From an uncultured Bacilli bacterium (lineage in GTDB: Bacteria; Bacillota_I; Bacilli_A; RF39; UBA660), in contig OZ007025.1 in assembly GCA_963931545.1 (NCBI GenBank), forward strand, positions 740,312 to 804,311: 64,000 bases of DNA, read 5' to 3'. The position numbers and the translations under genes were made by a program. Below, one piece after another: positions 17,290-26,711 of this stretch (its first letter is position 1; each line of letters starts with the position of its first letter). The notes beneath the pieces are model-generated. The model was not told the origin of the DNA and made no database searches. It saw only the letters and a list, made by a program, of their open reading frames with translations.

Positions 17290-18729
17290 GTGAAAAAAAT
17301 AACAATTAATTATTTTTACAATGTTATTTATCAAGTTTTAACATTACTTATTCCGATTGTAACAGCTCCTTATTTAGCTAGAACATTACAAGCAACGGCT
17401 AACGGAATCAACAATTATACAAGCTCAATTGTATATTGGTTTACTTTAGCAGGAATGCTTGGTATAACTTTATATGGTAATAAAGAAGTTGCAAAAGTTA
17501 GAGATAATAAAGATAAATTATCACAAAAATTTTGGGAAATCTTTGCATTACAATTTTTAACTAACTTTATATCTTTAGTTACCTTTTATATAATATTTGG
17601 CTTTGCAAGTGTTGATTATAAAACAATACTATTAATTCAAGGATTATCAATCTTGTCAGTTATGTTTGATATATCGTGGTTTTACTATGGTATGGAAAAC
17701 ATTAAACGTGTCACTATTAGAAATATAATTATAAAAATTTTAAATGTTATTAGTATATTTATTTTCATAAAACAGCCAAGTGATTTATCATTATATGTTT
17801 TCTTATCATGTGCATTTTCCATTTTAGGACAAATTATATTATGGATAGATTTAAGACATTACATTTCATTTAAAAAAATACATTTTAGAGATGCTTTATC
17901 TCATTTTAAACCATCAGCTTTGCTTTTTGTTCCACAGATAGCTGTTAGTATTTATTCAACTCTTGATAAAACAATGTTGGGAATGTTAGTGAGTGATGTT
18001 GCAGAAGTAGGCTTTTATTCCAAAGCTCAACAATTTGTAAATATGTTTTTATTTGTAATTACATCCATAGGAACAGTAATGATGCCTAGAATAGTTAATT
18101 TAACTGCCAATAATCAAAAGGATGAAGGACTGCGTTATGTTAATAATGCCTTTGATTTAGTTATGCTATTATCTATTCCAATGGCATTTGGCTTAGCTGC
18201 TATTGCTCCATATTTCATTAACTGGTTTCTAACACCTGAATTTGCTAAAACATCAGATCTGATGATGATTCTATGTCCAATGATTATAGCATCTTCACTA
18301 ACTAATGTATTAGGAATACAATTACTTATTCCGATGGAAAAGACCAAGCAATATACAAAATCAGTAGTTGCTAGTGCAGTAGTAAATTTTATATTAAATT
18401 TATTTTTAATTAGATATTTCAATAGTTATGGCGCAGCATTTTCAACGATTATTGCAGAATATTTGGTTTTGATAATCCAAATTGGATACACAAAAGAATA
18501 CATTAATTTTAAAAGTAAAATTTTGCCAGCATTTAAATATATAATATTTTCTTGTATTATGTTTGGAACTATGATGCTTATTGGAGAAAAAATGGGAATT
18601 TCATTTATTACTAATATAGTTCAATTTGGCGTTGGTGTATTAATTTATTTAGTTTTAATTTTAGTAAGTAAGGATAAAACAGCATTCAAATTAATTAATA
18701 TGTTAAAATCTTTGAAAAAAGGCGGTTAA
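17290..18729 (+). CDS. wzx: Wzx-type (MOP family) polysaccharide flippase
   Basis: 479 aa, about 12-14 TM helices, GTG start abutting the upstream stop. N-terminus NVIYQVLTLLIPIVTAPYLARTL is typical of oligosaccharide flippases. Confidence 0.75.
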   Translation: MKKITINYFYNVIYQVLTLLIPIVTAPYLARTLQATANGINNYTSSIVYWFTLAGMLGITLYGNKEVAKVRDNKDKLSQKFWEIFALQFLTNFISLVTFYIIFGFASVDYKTILLIQGLSILSVMFDISWFYYGMENIKRVTIRNIIIKILNVISIFIFIKQPSDLSLYVFLSCAFSILGQIILWIDLRHYISFKKIHFRDALSHFKPSALLFVPQIAVSIYSTLDKTMLGMLVSDVAEVGFYSKAQQFVNMFLFVITSIGTVMMPRIVNLTANNQKDEGLRYVNNAFDLVMLLSIPMAFGLAAIAPYFINWFLTPEFAKTSDLMMILCPMIIASSLTNVLGIQLLIPMEKTKQYTKSVVASAVVNFILNLFLIRYFNSYGAAFSTIIAEYLVLIIQIGYTKEYINFKSKILPAFKYIIFSCIMFGTMMLIGEKMGISFITNIVQFGVGVLIYLVLILVSKDKTAFKLINMLKSLKKGG

Positions 18730-18732
18730 ATC

Positions 18733-19866
18733 ATGAAAAAGAAAAAAGTATTATTTACAGCATTTAATTTAGGAGTTGGAGGAGTAAGTTCTGCATTAAT
18801 TAATTTACTTAATCAATTTGATTATGAAAAGTATGATGTAACACTATTATTGCAAATTAGACAAGGAGATTTTTTAGACAAATTAAATCCAAATGTGAAT
18901 TTAGAAGATTATGGTCTATCTAAAATAAAAAATAAAATTTTAAAAAAAATTGCTAACTTGTTTATATTTATCAAAATATTAATAAAAAATTTCCATAAAT
19001 ATGACTTTGCTGCATGCTATTCTCCTGGATATTTCTATAGTGCTTTAGTAGCTCGAATTGCTTCAAAAAACAATGCGGCTTGGATGCACACAAATATAAT
19101 AAATTATATGTCGAACTCAAATATAATGGATAAAAAGAACAAAGGTTATTCAACAGAAAAAAAAGTAAAGAGATTTTTGAACCATATGTTTTTTAGAAAA
19201 TTCAAAAAAAACATCTTTGTATCAGAAGATGGAAGAAAGGCCTATTTGAGTATGTTTCCAAATGATGAGGATAAAACTATAGTTTGTCATAATTTAATAG
19301 ACTATAATGATATATTGGAAAAATCTAAAGAAACTATTGATATACATGTCCCGAGAAACAAAACAATTTTCTTAAATGTTAGTCGTCACACAGAATATGA
19401 TAAAAGAATAACGAGAATAATTAATGCATGTGACAAATTAAATTCCGAGTATGATTTTTTATTATTATTAGTAGGTGATGGAGAAGAGCATGAACGATAT
19501 ATTAATATTGTAAAAGAAAAACATTTAGAAAATAAAGTAAAGTTTTTAGGACTAAGAACTAATCCATTTCCTTATTATAAAATAGCTGATGCTTTTGTCT
19601 TATCTTCCAAATTTGAAGGATTTCCTGTCGTTTTTTTGGAATCGATGATTATGAATTTGCCACTTATCACAACTGATGTTTCTGATGCAAATATAATTAT
19701 TAAAGATAAATTTGGCTATGTTGTTTCTAACGATGATGATGGAATATATAAAGGTATGAAACAATTTCTAGATAATGGTTTCAAAATAAAAAAACCATTT
19801 GATTATAAAAAATTTAATGAAGAAAGTATAGAGATTTTAGAAGGGTTGATTGATAATGAAAATTAG
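18733..19866 (+). CDS. GT4 (GT-B fold) glycosyltransferase
   Basis: 377 aa. N-terminal GVGGVSSALINL and C-terminal SSKFEGFPVVFLESM (the E-x7-E region). Confidence 0.8.
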   Translation: MKKKKVLFTAFNLGVGGVSSALINLLNQFDYEKYDVTLLLQIRQGDFLDKLNPNVNLEDYGLSKIKNKILKKIANLFIFIKILIKNFHKYDFAACYSPGYFYSALVARIASKNNAAWMHTNIINYMSNSNIMDKKNKGYSTEKKVKRFLNHMFFRKFKKNIFVSEDGRKAYLSMFPNDEDKTIVCHNLIDYNDILEKSKETIDIHVPRNKTIFLNVSRHTEYDKRITRIINACDKLNSEYDFLLLLVGDGEEHERYINIVKEKHLENKVKFLGLRTNPFPYYKIADAFVLSSKFEGFPVVFLESMIMNLPLITTDVSDANIIIKDKFGYVVSNDDDGIYKGMKQFLDNGFKIKKPFDYKKFNEESIEILEGLIDNEN

Positions 19867-20815
19867 TGTAATTATACCAGTATATAATGTCTATGATTAT
19901 TTAGATAAATGTTTATCATCTTTAGTTAATCAAACAGATACTAATTTCGAAGTCATAATTGTAAATGATGGTTCAACTGATGATAGTCAAAAAATAATTG
20001 ATAAATACGTGTCAGAAAATGCCAATATGCATTCCTATATCAAGGAAAATGGCGGTCTTGCATCAGCTAGAAACTACGGTCTTAAAAAAGCCACTGGCGA
20101 TTATATATTATTTTTAGACAGTGATGATTACTATGAATTAAACACAATTGAAGTTTTAAAAAAAGAGGCCCAAAATGATGATGACATAATTACTTTCCAA
20201 ATGTATATAGATGAGAATAACAAAATAACAGAGCAAAATATGGAAATGGAAGAATTTGTTTTTAGTGAAAATATTCCTGCATCAAAACGTTTATTATTGT
20301 ATAATCCATCAGCTTGTGACAAAATGTTTAAAAAAGAATTGTTTGTTAAAAATGATTTTGAATTTATAGAATGTACATATTATGAAGATTTAGGGACTAT
20401 TCCTTTACTCGCAATGTATACTGATAAAATAAAATTTACTAAACATTATTTATATCATTATTTAAAACGTGAAAACTCAACTATGAATAAAGTAAAATAT
20501 AATGCAAAAATAGAAGATATATTTTTAATGATAGAACGTATTGCTACAACATTCAAGGCAAAAAAATTATATGATAAATATAAAGAAGAAATAGAATATA
20601 TTTATATTCATCATTTATTAAGAGCCGCTAGTATTAGATTTCTTAATTATGATAAATATGACATGGTAGATAAAATTAGAAAAATAATAAAAGAAAATTA
20701 TCCTAAATTTAAAGAAAACAAATATTTTCAAAAATATGGTTTTAAAAGAAAATTAATGTGTAAATTAATATATAAAGGACATTACAAAACAATAAAAATA
20801 TTGAGAAAGATATAG
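19856..20815 (+). CDS. GT2 glycosyltransferase
   Basis: About 319 aa from the ATG at 19856. Motifs ISVIIPVYNVYDYL, VNDGSTDDS and LDSDD. Confidence 0.8.
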   Translation: MKISVIIPVYNVYDYLDKCLSSLVNQTDTNFEVIIVNDGSTDDSQKIIDKYVSENANMHSYIKENGGLASARNYGLKKATGDYILFLDSDDYYELNTIEVLKKEAQNDDDIITFQMYIDENNKITEQNMEMEEFVFSENIPASKRLLLYNPSACDKMFKKELFVKNDFEFIECTYYEDLGTIPLLAMYTDKIKFTKHYLYHYLKRENSTMNKVKYNAKIEDIFLMIERIATTFKAKKLYDKYKEEIEYIYIHHLLRAASIRFLNYDKYDMVDKIRKIIKENYPKFKENKYFQKYGFKRKLMCKLIYKGHYKTIKILRKI

Positions 20816-20824
20816 GTGGTATTT

Positions 20825-23209
20825 ATGCAAAATAAATTATTTAACAAATGGTTACCAATATTTATTCTTATACAACCATTATTTGATGTTATAACTTCTT
20901 TTATGACATCCATAGGAATTAATGTTACTGTAGGTATTATAGTTAAAATGTTGATTTTATTTTTAATGGGTATATATTTAGTCTTTATTGATAAATATAA
21001 ACGCAAATATAATTTCATTTATTTAGGTATTATAATTATTCTTTGTTTAGGAAATGTGTATTTTAATATCGATATTTTAAAATCACATTTCTCTGAATAT
21101 GCAGGTTACTTAATGAAATATGTATACTTTACAGTTGCGATATTTTATTTTATTAAATGGTATAAAAATGGAAATTATATAAAATTAAATGAACTACGAT
21201 TACCTTTTATAATTATTTCTATAACTTTTATTCTTTCATGGATTACAGGTACAGCTTTTGACACATATTTACCGGATAGTGGCAAGTATGGATCTTCTGG
21301 ATGGTTTTTTTCTGGAAATGAAATAGGAGCTTTATTAAGTATTATATTTCCAATTGTTTTATATAATTCATTACATAATCCAAATAGTCATAAATGGGAA
21401 ATTATTTTAACTGTTATTATTGGAATTGCTCTTTTAAGTTTAGGAACAAAAGTAGGCTTACTGGGATACTTTATAACTATAGTTGGATATCTTATATATA
21501 GACTTATAGCTATAATTAAAATAAAATTAGACAAAAAATTTGTTTTTGTTTTAGCCTGTTTAATTATTCCAATGCTATTTTGGAGTCATATACCAGCGGT
21601 TTATAACACATCAATAAGATATGATAGCTTAGAAATTGATAGTGAAGAAATTACTGAAGAAGAGAGAGCAGAAAGGATAAATTTTCTGATTTATAGTGGC
21701 CGAAATGGATACATTGCTAGAATGGTAATGTTACGTAAGGATATATCTGTAGGCGAAAGAATTTTTGGAAAATTCTATGAACGTGAAGACAAAACTTTAT
21801 TTATAACAGAACAAGATCCTTTTGATATATATTTCTTATTTGGAATTTTAGGTACTATAATTATGTTTATACCTTTATTATATGTTATATTTAGCTCTTT
21901 AAAAACATGGTTTAAAGAAATTAAAACAAGGTTTTTTGATATTGAATCTGCTATGTGCTTATTAAGTATTGTTTTGGCATTAGGTGTTGCAACAATGTCA
22001 GGACACACCTTACTTGCACCATCCGTTAGTACATTTATGATTATCATTTTAATCGCATTTTATATTAAATGTCATCAACCTTTAGAAGAAGAAAACAAAG
22101 AAAAAATGTTAATAGGTTCTGTTCACATGGAAGTAGGGGGTATTGAAAAAACTTTAATAAATTTACTTAAAAAAATTAATTATAAAAAATATGATGTTGA
22201 TTTAATGTTATTAAAACCGGAAGGTAAATTTTTAAATGAATTACCAGAAAACATTAATATAATTACTCCATATGATAGCCAAATTACACGTAAAATAGTA
22301 TTAAGTAATAATGTGATATGTAAGATGTTAAAACATTTAATGTTTAATTATTATACTGCTTCATGGTTTACAACCAATAAAAAATATAATGTTGCAATTT
22401 CTTATTCTGGATATTATCCTTTCGTAGATAATTACATTGGATATAGTGAAGCAGAAAAAAAATTAATTTGGGTACACACTGATGTTGAGTATAATTATAA
22501 TCATTTTGAAAAATACAAGAAAAAGTTTGATAGAACAAAATATAAATATGAGAGGTTCGATACTATAGTTGGAGTCAGCGAAGGGGTTAAAAAAAGTTTT
22601 GATAAAATCTTACCGGAATATAAAGATAAAACAACTTTTCTATGGAATATTATTGATTTTAAAAATCAAGATGAAACAACTGACATAAAACTAGAAGGAA
22701 AATTTAAAATAGTTTCTATTGGTAGACTTTGCACACAAAAACGTTTTGATAAAATTATAGATGCTGCAAAACAATTACCAGAAGATATAAAAATATATAT
22801 AATTGGAAATGGTGAATTATATAGTGCATTAGATTCATTAATAAAAACCAATCAATTAAATGAAAAAGTTATTTTGTTAGGTGAACAGCTCAACATCAGA
22901 TCTATTTTAAAGCAAGCAGACCTATTTTTATCTACATCTGATTTTGAAGGTTTGCCAACCGTTTTATTAGAATCATTACTATGTGGTATCCCTATTGTTG
23001 CCACTGATGTTTGTGGTAATAGTGATATATTTAAATATATTGCCCCTAAAGGAAGTATGATTCTATGTAAAAACAATGTTTCATCTATTGTTAAAATTAT
23101 TAATAAAGTTTGTAATAACAGTAAAACAGTAAATAAAAAATTTAAATTTGATTTAAATAGTTATAATTTAAAAAATATGGAAAAATTTTATAAGTTAATA
23201 GGTGAGTAA
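20825..23209 (+). CDS. Fusion protein: Wzy/O-antigen-ligase-like polytopic domain + C-terminal GT4 glycosyltransferase
   Basis: AGGTGG RBS and ATG at 20825. The N-terminal ~415 aa are polytopic with a Wzy_C-like loop, GSSGWFFSGNEIGALLSIIFPIV. From nt ~22090 there is a GT4 module (EVGGIEKTLINLL ... STSDFEGLPTVLLESL) paralogous to the genes at 18733 and 23210. Confidence 0.7.
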   Translation: MQNKLFNKWLPIFILIQPLFDVITSFMTSIGINVTVGIIVKMLILFLMGIYLVFIDKYKRKYNFIYLGIIIILCLGNVYFNIDILKSHFSEYAGYLMKYVYFTVAIFYFIKWYKNGNYIKLNELRLPFIIISITFILSWITGTAFDTYLPDSGKYGSSGWFFSGNEIGALLSIIFPIVLYNSLHNPNSHKWEIILTVIIGIALLSLGTKVGLLGYFITIVGYLIYRLIAIIKIKLDKKFVFVLACLIIPMLFWSHIPAVYNTSIRYDSLEIDSEEITEEERAERINFLIYSGRNGYIARMVMLRKDISVGERIFGKFYEREDKTLFITEQDPFDIYFLFGILGTIIMFIPLLYVIFSSLKTWFKEIKTRFFDIESAMCLLSIVLALGVATMSGHTLLAPSVSTFMIIILIAFYIKCHQPLEEENKEKMLIGSVHMEVGGIEKTLINLLKKINYKKYDVDLMLLKPEGKFLNELPENINIITPYDSQITRKIVLSNNVICKMLKHLMFNYYTASWFTTNKKYNVAISYSGYYPFVDNYIGYSEAEKKLIWVHTDVEYNYNHFEKYKKKFDRTKYKYERFDTIVGVSEGVKKSFDKILPEYKDKTTFLWNIIDFKNQDETTDIKLEGKFKIVSIGRLCTQKRFDKIIDAAKQLPEDIKIYIIGNGELYSALDSLIKTNQLNEKVILLGEQLNIRSILKQADLFLSTSDFEGLPTVLLESLLCGIPIVATDVCGNSDIFKYIAPKGSMILCKNNVSSIVKIINKVCNNSKTVNKKFKFDLNSYNLKNMEKFYKLIGE

Positions 23210-24289
23210 ATGAAAAAAATGATTATTTATATGCCCAAATTATCTGTTGGTGGCATGGAGAAAGCTTTAATAAATTTATTAAATTTTAGTACTTTAACCA
23301 ATCATTATCAAATTGAACTTTTTTTAGGATATGTTGTTCAAAAAGAATATTTAGATATGGTACCTAAAGAAGTTAAAATTAAATTATGTTGTAAAGGCAA
23401 ATGGGATTTATTTGGAAAAATTAGCACATATTTTAAAATGCAATTCAAACTTCTTAAAAATTTATTAAACATTGATAAATATGACATTGCAATTTCATAT
23501 GCCTATCAACATCCGATTTTAGCTAAATTAGCTAGAAACAGTTCAAAAAACAATATTATATTCGTTCACAATAATTTGAAGTTAAAATATAGTAGTAAAT
23601 CAAAAAGATTAAGAAAAATGAAATTTGAAAAATTTAATAAAGTTATTTGTGTTAGTAATGATGCATTGAAAGCTTTTAATGAATTATATCCTAATTATAA
23701 TGGAAAAATTACTGTGATTAATAATATGCTAGATGGAGAAAGCATTGAAAAAAAATCATTAGAAGAAATTGAGTTTAATTATAAAAAACCAGTTTTTATT
23801 GTAGTTGCTAGATGTGAAGAAAAATCTAAAAAATTATCTAGAATAATAAACACCAGTAATGAGTTAAAAAAACAAGGTTATACTTTTTCTGTTGTTATGG
23901 TTGGTGATGGTGAAGACTATCAAATGTATAAAAATCTAATAACAGAATTAAACTTACAAGACACTGTATTTTTGCTAGGTAAAAAAATCAATCCATATCC
24001 TTACATTAAAAATTCATCCGCATTAGTTTTATCATCAGCTTATGAAGGTTATGGAATAGTAATTGATGAAGCTAGAATTTTAAACATTCCAGTTATTTCA
24101 ACAGATGTTGCAGATGCTAAAGAAATTTTAAATCAGGGCTATGGAATTATTTGTAACAATTCTGAAGAAGGCGTTTATACAGGTATGAAACAATTTCTAG
24201 ATAAAGGATATATTGTTCAAAAGAAATTTGATTATCAAAAGTTTAATAGTGATATAAATAATAAATTAGAAAATTTTTTCGAGGAATAG
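23210..24289 (+). CDS. GT4 (GT-B fold) glycosyltransferase
   Basis: 359 aa. Motifs SVGGMEKALINLL and SSAYEGYGIVIDEA. Confidence 0.8.
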   Translation: MKKMIIYMPKLSVGGMEKALINLLNFSTLTNHYQIELFLGYVVQKEYLDMVPKEVKIKLCCKGKWDLFGKISTYFKMQFKLLKNLLNIDKYDIAISYAYQHPILAKLARNSSKNNIIFVHNNLKLKYSSKSKRLRKMKFEKFNKVICVSNDALKAFNELYPNYNGKITVINNMLDGESIEKKSLEEIEFNYKKPVFIVVARCEEKSKKLSRIINTSNELKKQGYTFSVVMVGDGEDYQMYKNLITELNLQDTVFLLGKKINPYPYIKNSSALVLSSAYEGYGIVIDEARILNIPVISTDVADAKEILNQGYGIICNNSEEGVYTGMKQFLDKGYIVQKKFDYQKFNSDINNKLENFFEE

Positions 24290-24296
24290 TGATATT

Positions 24297-24776
24297 ATGA
24301 AACAAAAAAAACAAAAAAAAGTATTATTTATTTGTAGTGTTGGCGGACATTTGACACAAATGCTTCAGTTAAAATCTCTTTTTGAAAAATATAATTATTT
24401 ATTTGTAACAGAAAAAACAGAAGTAACAATTGGATTAAAAGAAAAATATAATATGAAATTTTTTAAGTATTGTAATGGCCAAAACTTTATCAAATATTTT
24501 TTCATTAACGTATTAAATGCATTTAATTCAATTTACACTTTTTTTAAATTTAGACCAGATGTAATTGTTAGTACTGGAGCAAACACATCAGTTCCAATGT
24601 GTTATTTGGGAAGATTATTTGGTAAAAAAGTAATTTTTATTGAAAGTTTTGCAAAAAACAAAGGTAAAACATTATCTGGAAAACTTGTTTATCCAATTGC
24701 TACAACATTTGTGGTGCAATGGAAGTCTATGCTAGAATATTATCCAAAAGCAGTTTACTTTGGTGGAATATATTAA
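24297..24776 (+). CDS. Alg14-like (PssD/Cps14F-type) glycosyltransferase membrane/accessory subunit
   Basis: 159 aa. Motif VLFICSVGGHLTQMLQL. Confidence 0.75.
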   Translation: MKQKKQKKVLFICSVGGHLTQMLQLKSLFEKYNYLFVTEKTEVTIGLKEKYNMKFFKYCNGQNFIKYFFINVLNAFNSIYTFFKFRPDVIVSTGANTSVPMCYLGRLFGKKVIFIESFAKNKGKTLSGKLVYPIATTFVVQWKSMLEYYPKAVYFGGIY

Positions 24777-24788
24777 GGAGTGTGTCAA

Positions 24789-25256
24789 ATGATATTAGTT
24801 ACATTAGGTACTCAAAAACAAAAATTTTATAGATTACTAGAAGCAGTAGATAATTTAAAAACCGATGAAGAAATTATCGTTCAAGCTGGAGGTTCTTCAG
24901 ACTATAAAAGTGATAAAATGAAAATATTTGATTTTATTAGTTATGATGAAATGGGAAAATATATTGATGAAGCTGATTTAATAATCACTCACGGGGGTAC
25001 AGGTTCAATCATTATGCCACTTCAAAAAGGCAAAAAGGTAATAGCTGCACCACGACTCGAAAAATACGGAGAACACATTAATGACCATCAAAAAGAAATA
25101 GTAAATGTATTTAGTGATGAAAAACACATTTTAGCATTTAATGATGGTGATGATTTACAAAAAATATATGAAAAATCAAAAAAATTTAAACCAATTCCTT
25201 ATAAAAGCAACACTAAAAACTTTATAAAGAAATTAGAAGAAGAAATAGAAAAATAA
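24789..25256 (+). CDS. Alg13-like (PssE/Cps14G-type) glycosyltransferase catalytic subunit
   Basis: AAGGAG RBS with the ATG at 24789. Motifs ILVTLGTQKQKF, ITHGGTGSI and GEHINDHQ. Confidence 0.75.
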   Translation: MILVTLGTQKQKFYRLLEAVDNLKTDEEIIVQAGGSSDYKSDKMKIFDFISYDEMGKYIDEADLIITHGGTGSIIMPLQKGKKVIAAPRLEKYGEHINDHQKEIVNVFSDEKHILAFNDGDDLQKIYEKSKKFKPIPYKSNTKNFIKKLEEEIEK

Positions 25257-25329
25257 TGTCAATATTTGTTATTTTTATTAAAAAATGATAAAATGGTGAT
25301 GTATTTACAAATAGAGAAGAGGTATATAA

Positions 25330-26655
25330 ATGAAAGTAGCTGTAGCAGGTACAGGATATGTTGGTTTAGTAACAGGTGTTGCATTGGCTCACATAGGACA
25401 TAATGTAACATGTGTTGATGTTGATAAAGAAAAAGTAGAAAAAATGAAAAATGGTATAAGTCCAATTTATGAACAAGATTTAGAAGAACTTATGCTCAAA
25501 AATAAAGATAGATTAGATTATACATTAGATTACAAAAACGCATATAAGGATGCTGATGTAATTATTATTGGTGTAGGTACTCCAGAGAGAGAAGATGGCT
25601 CGGCAAATTTAGATTATGTACATTCTGTATGTGACCAAATTGCTGAATCACTAGAAAAAGACTGTGTAGTTGTGTTAAAATCTACAGTTCCAATTGGAAC
25701 AAACGATGAAATTGAAAAAGATTTAAATGATAAAGTTAAAGATGGAATTAAAGTTTATGTAGCTAGCAACCCAGAATTTTTAGCTCAAGGGACAGCCGTA
25801 CATGATACTTTATATGCATCTAGAATAGTTGTTGGAACAGAAGATGATTTTGCTGCTAATATAATGCAAAAACTATATGAACCATTAACTAAAGAACCAT
25901 ATAATGTCCCTTATTTACACACTTCAAGAAGAAGTGCAGAAATGATTAAATATGCTTCGAATGATTTTTTAGCTTTAAAAATTTCTTATATTAATGAAAT
26001 AGCTAATTTATGTAAAAAATTAGGAGCTAATATAGAAGAGGTTACTAAAGGAATGGGCTATGATTCAAGGATTGGAAATAAATTTTTGAAAGCTGGTATT
26101 GGTTATGGTGGATCATGTTTTCCTAAAGACACTAAAGCTTTGCATTGGCTTGGACAAATTGAAGGAGTAGAATTAGAAACTATTCAAGCATGTATTAGTG
26201 TTAATAAAAAGCAAAAATTGGTGTTATTACATGAATTGATTGATGATTTTGGAGGAAGTATTGAAGGTAAAACAATTGCTGTTTTGGGACTTACTTTTAA
26301 ACCTGGAACTGATGATTTAAGAGATGCACCATCTATTGATAATATTTCTATGCTATTAGATTATGGAGCAAACGTAAAAGCTTATGATCCTATTTCTACA
26401 GAAAGCTTTAAGAAAAAAATTAATTTTAAACTTACAGATGATGGGGTAAAAGGAACTATTGCATTTTTTGATAACATAGATGAAACAATTAAAGATGCAG
26501 ATGCAACTATGATTATGACTGAATGGCCAGAAGTTGTAAATTATAATGTTAAACAATATAAAAAACTAATGAAAACACCAAGAGTATATGATGGAAGAAA
26601 TTGTTATAAATTAGAAGATATGAAAGATATAACTTATAGTTCAATTGGTAGATAA
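25330..26655 (+). CDS. ugd: UDP-glucose 6-dehydrogenase
   Basis: 441 aa. Motifs KVAVAGTGYVGLV and GGSCFPKD. Confidence 0.9.
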   Translation: MKVAVAGTGYVGLVTGVALAHIGHNVTCVDVDKEKVEKMKNGISPIYEQDLEELMLKNKDRLDYTLDYKNAYKDADVIIIGVGTPEREDGSANLDYVHSVCDQIAESLEKDCVVVLKSTVPIGTNDEIEKDLNDKVKDGIKVYVASNPEFLAQGTAVHDTLYASRIVVGTEDDFAANIMQKLYEPLTKEPYNVPYLHTSRRSAEMIKYASNDFLALKISYINEIANLCKKLGANIEEVTKGMGYDSRIGNKFLKAGIGYGGSCFPKDTKALHWLGQIEGVELETIQACISVNKKQKLVLLHELIDDFGGSIEGKTIAVLGLTFKPGTDDLRDAPSIDNISMLLDYGANVKAYDPISTESFKKKINFKLTDDGVKGTIAFFDNIDETIKDADATMIMTEWPEVVNYNVKQYKKLMKTPRVYDGRNCYKLEDMKDITYSSIGR

Positions 26656-26684
26656 AGAAAATATTGTAATTAATATTTTCTTTT
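26656..26684 (+). terminator. Rho-independent terminator of ugd
   Basis: Perfect 10-bp stem AGAAAATATT/AATATTTTCT followed by T-run. Confidence 0.75.
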
Positions 26685-26711
26685 GTATATTTAAATTTAG
26701 TAGGGAATGTT

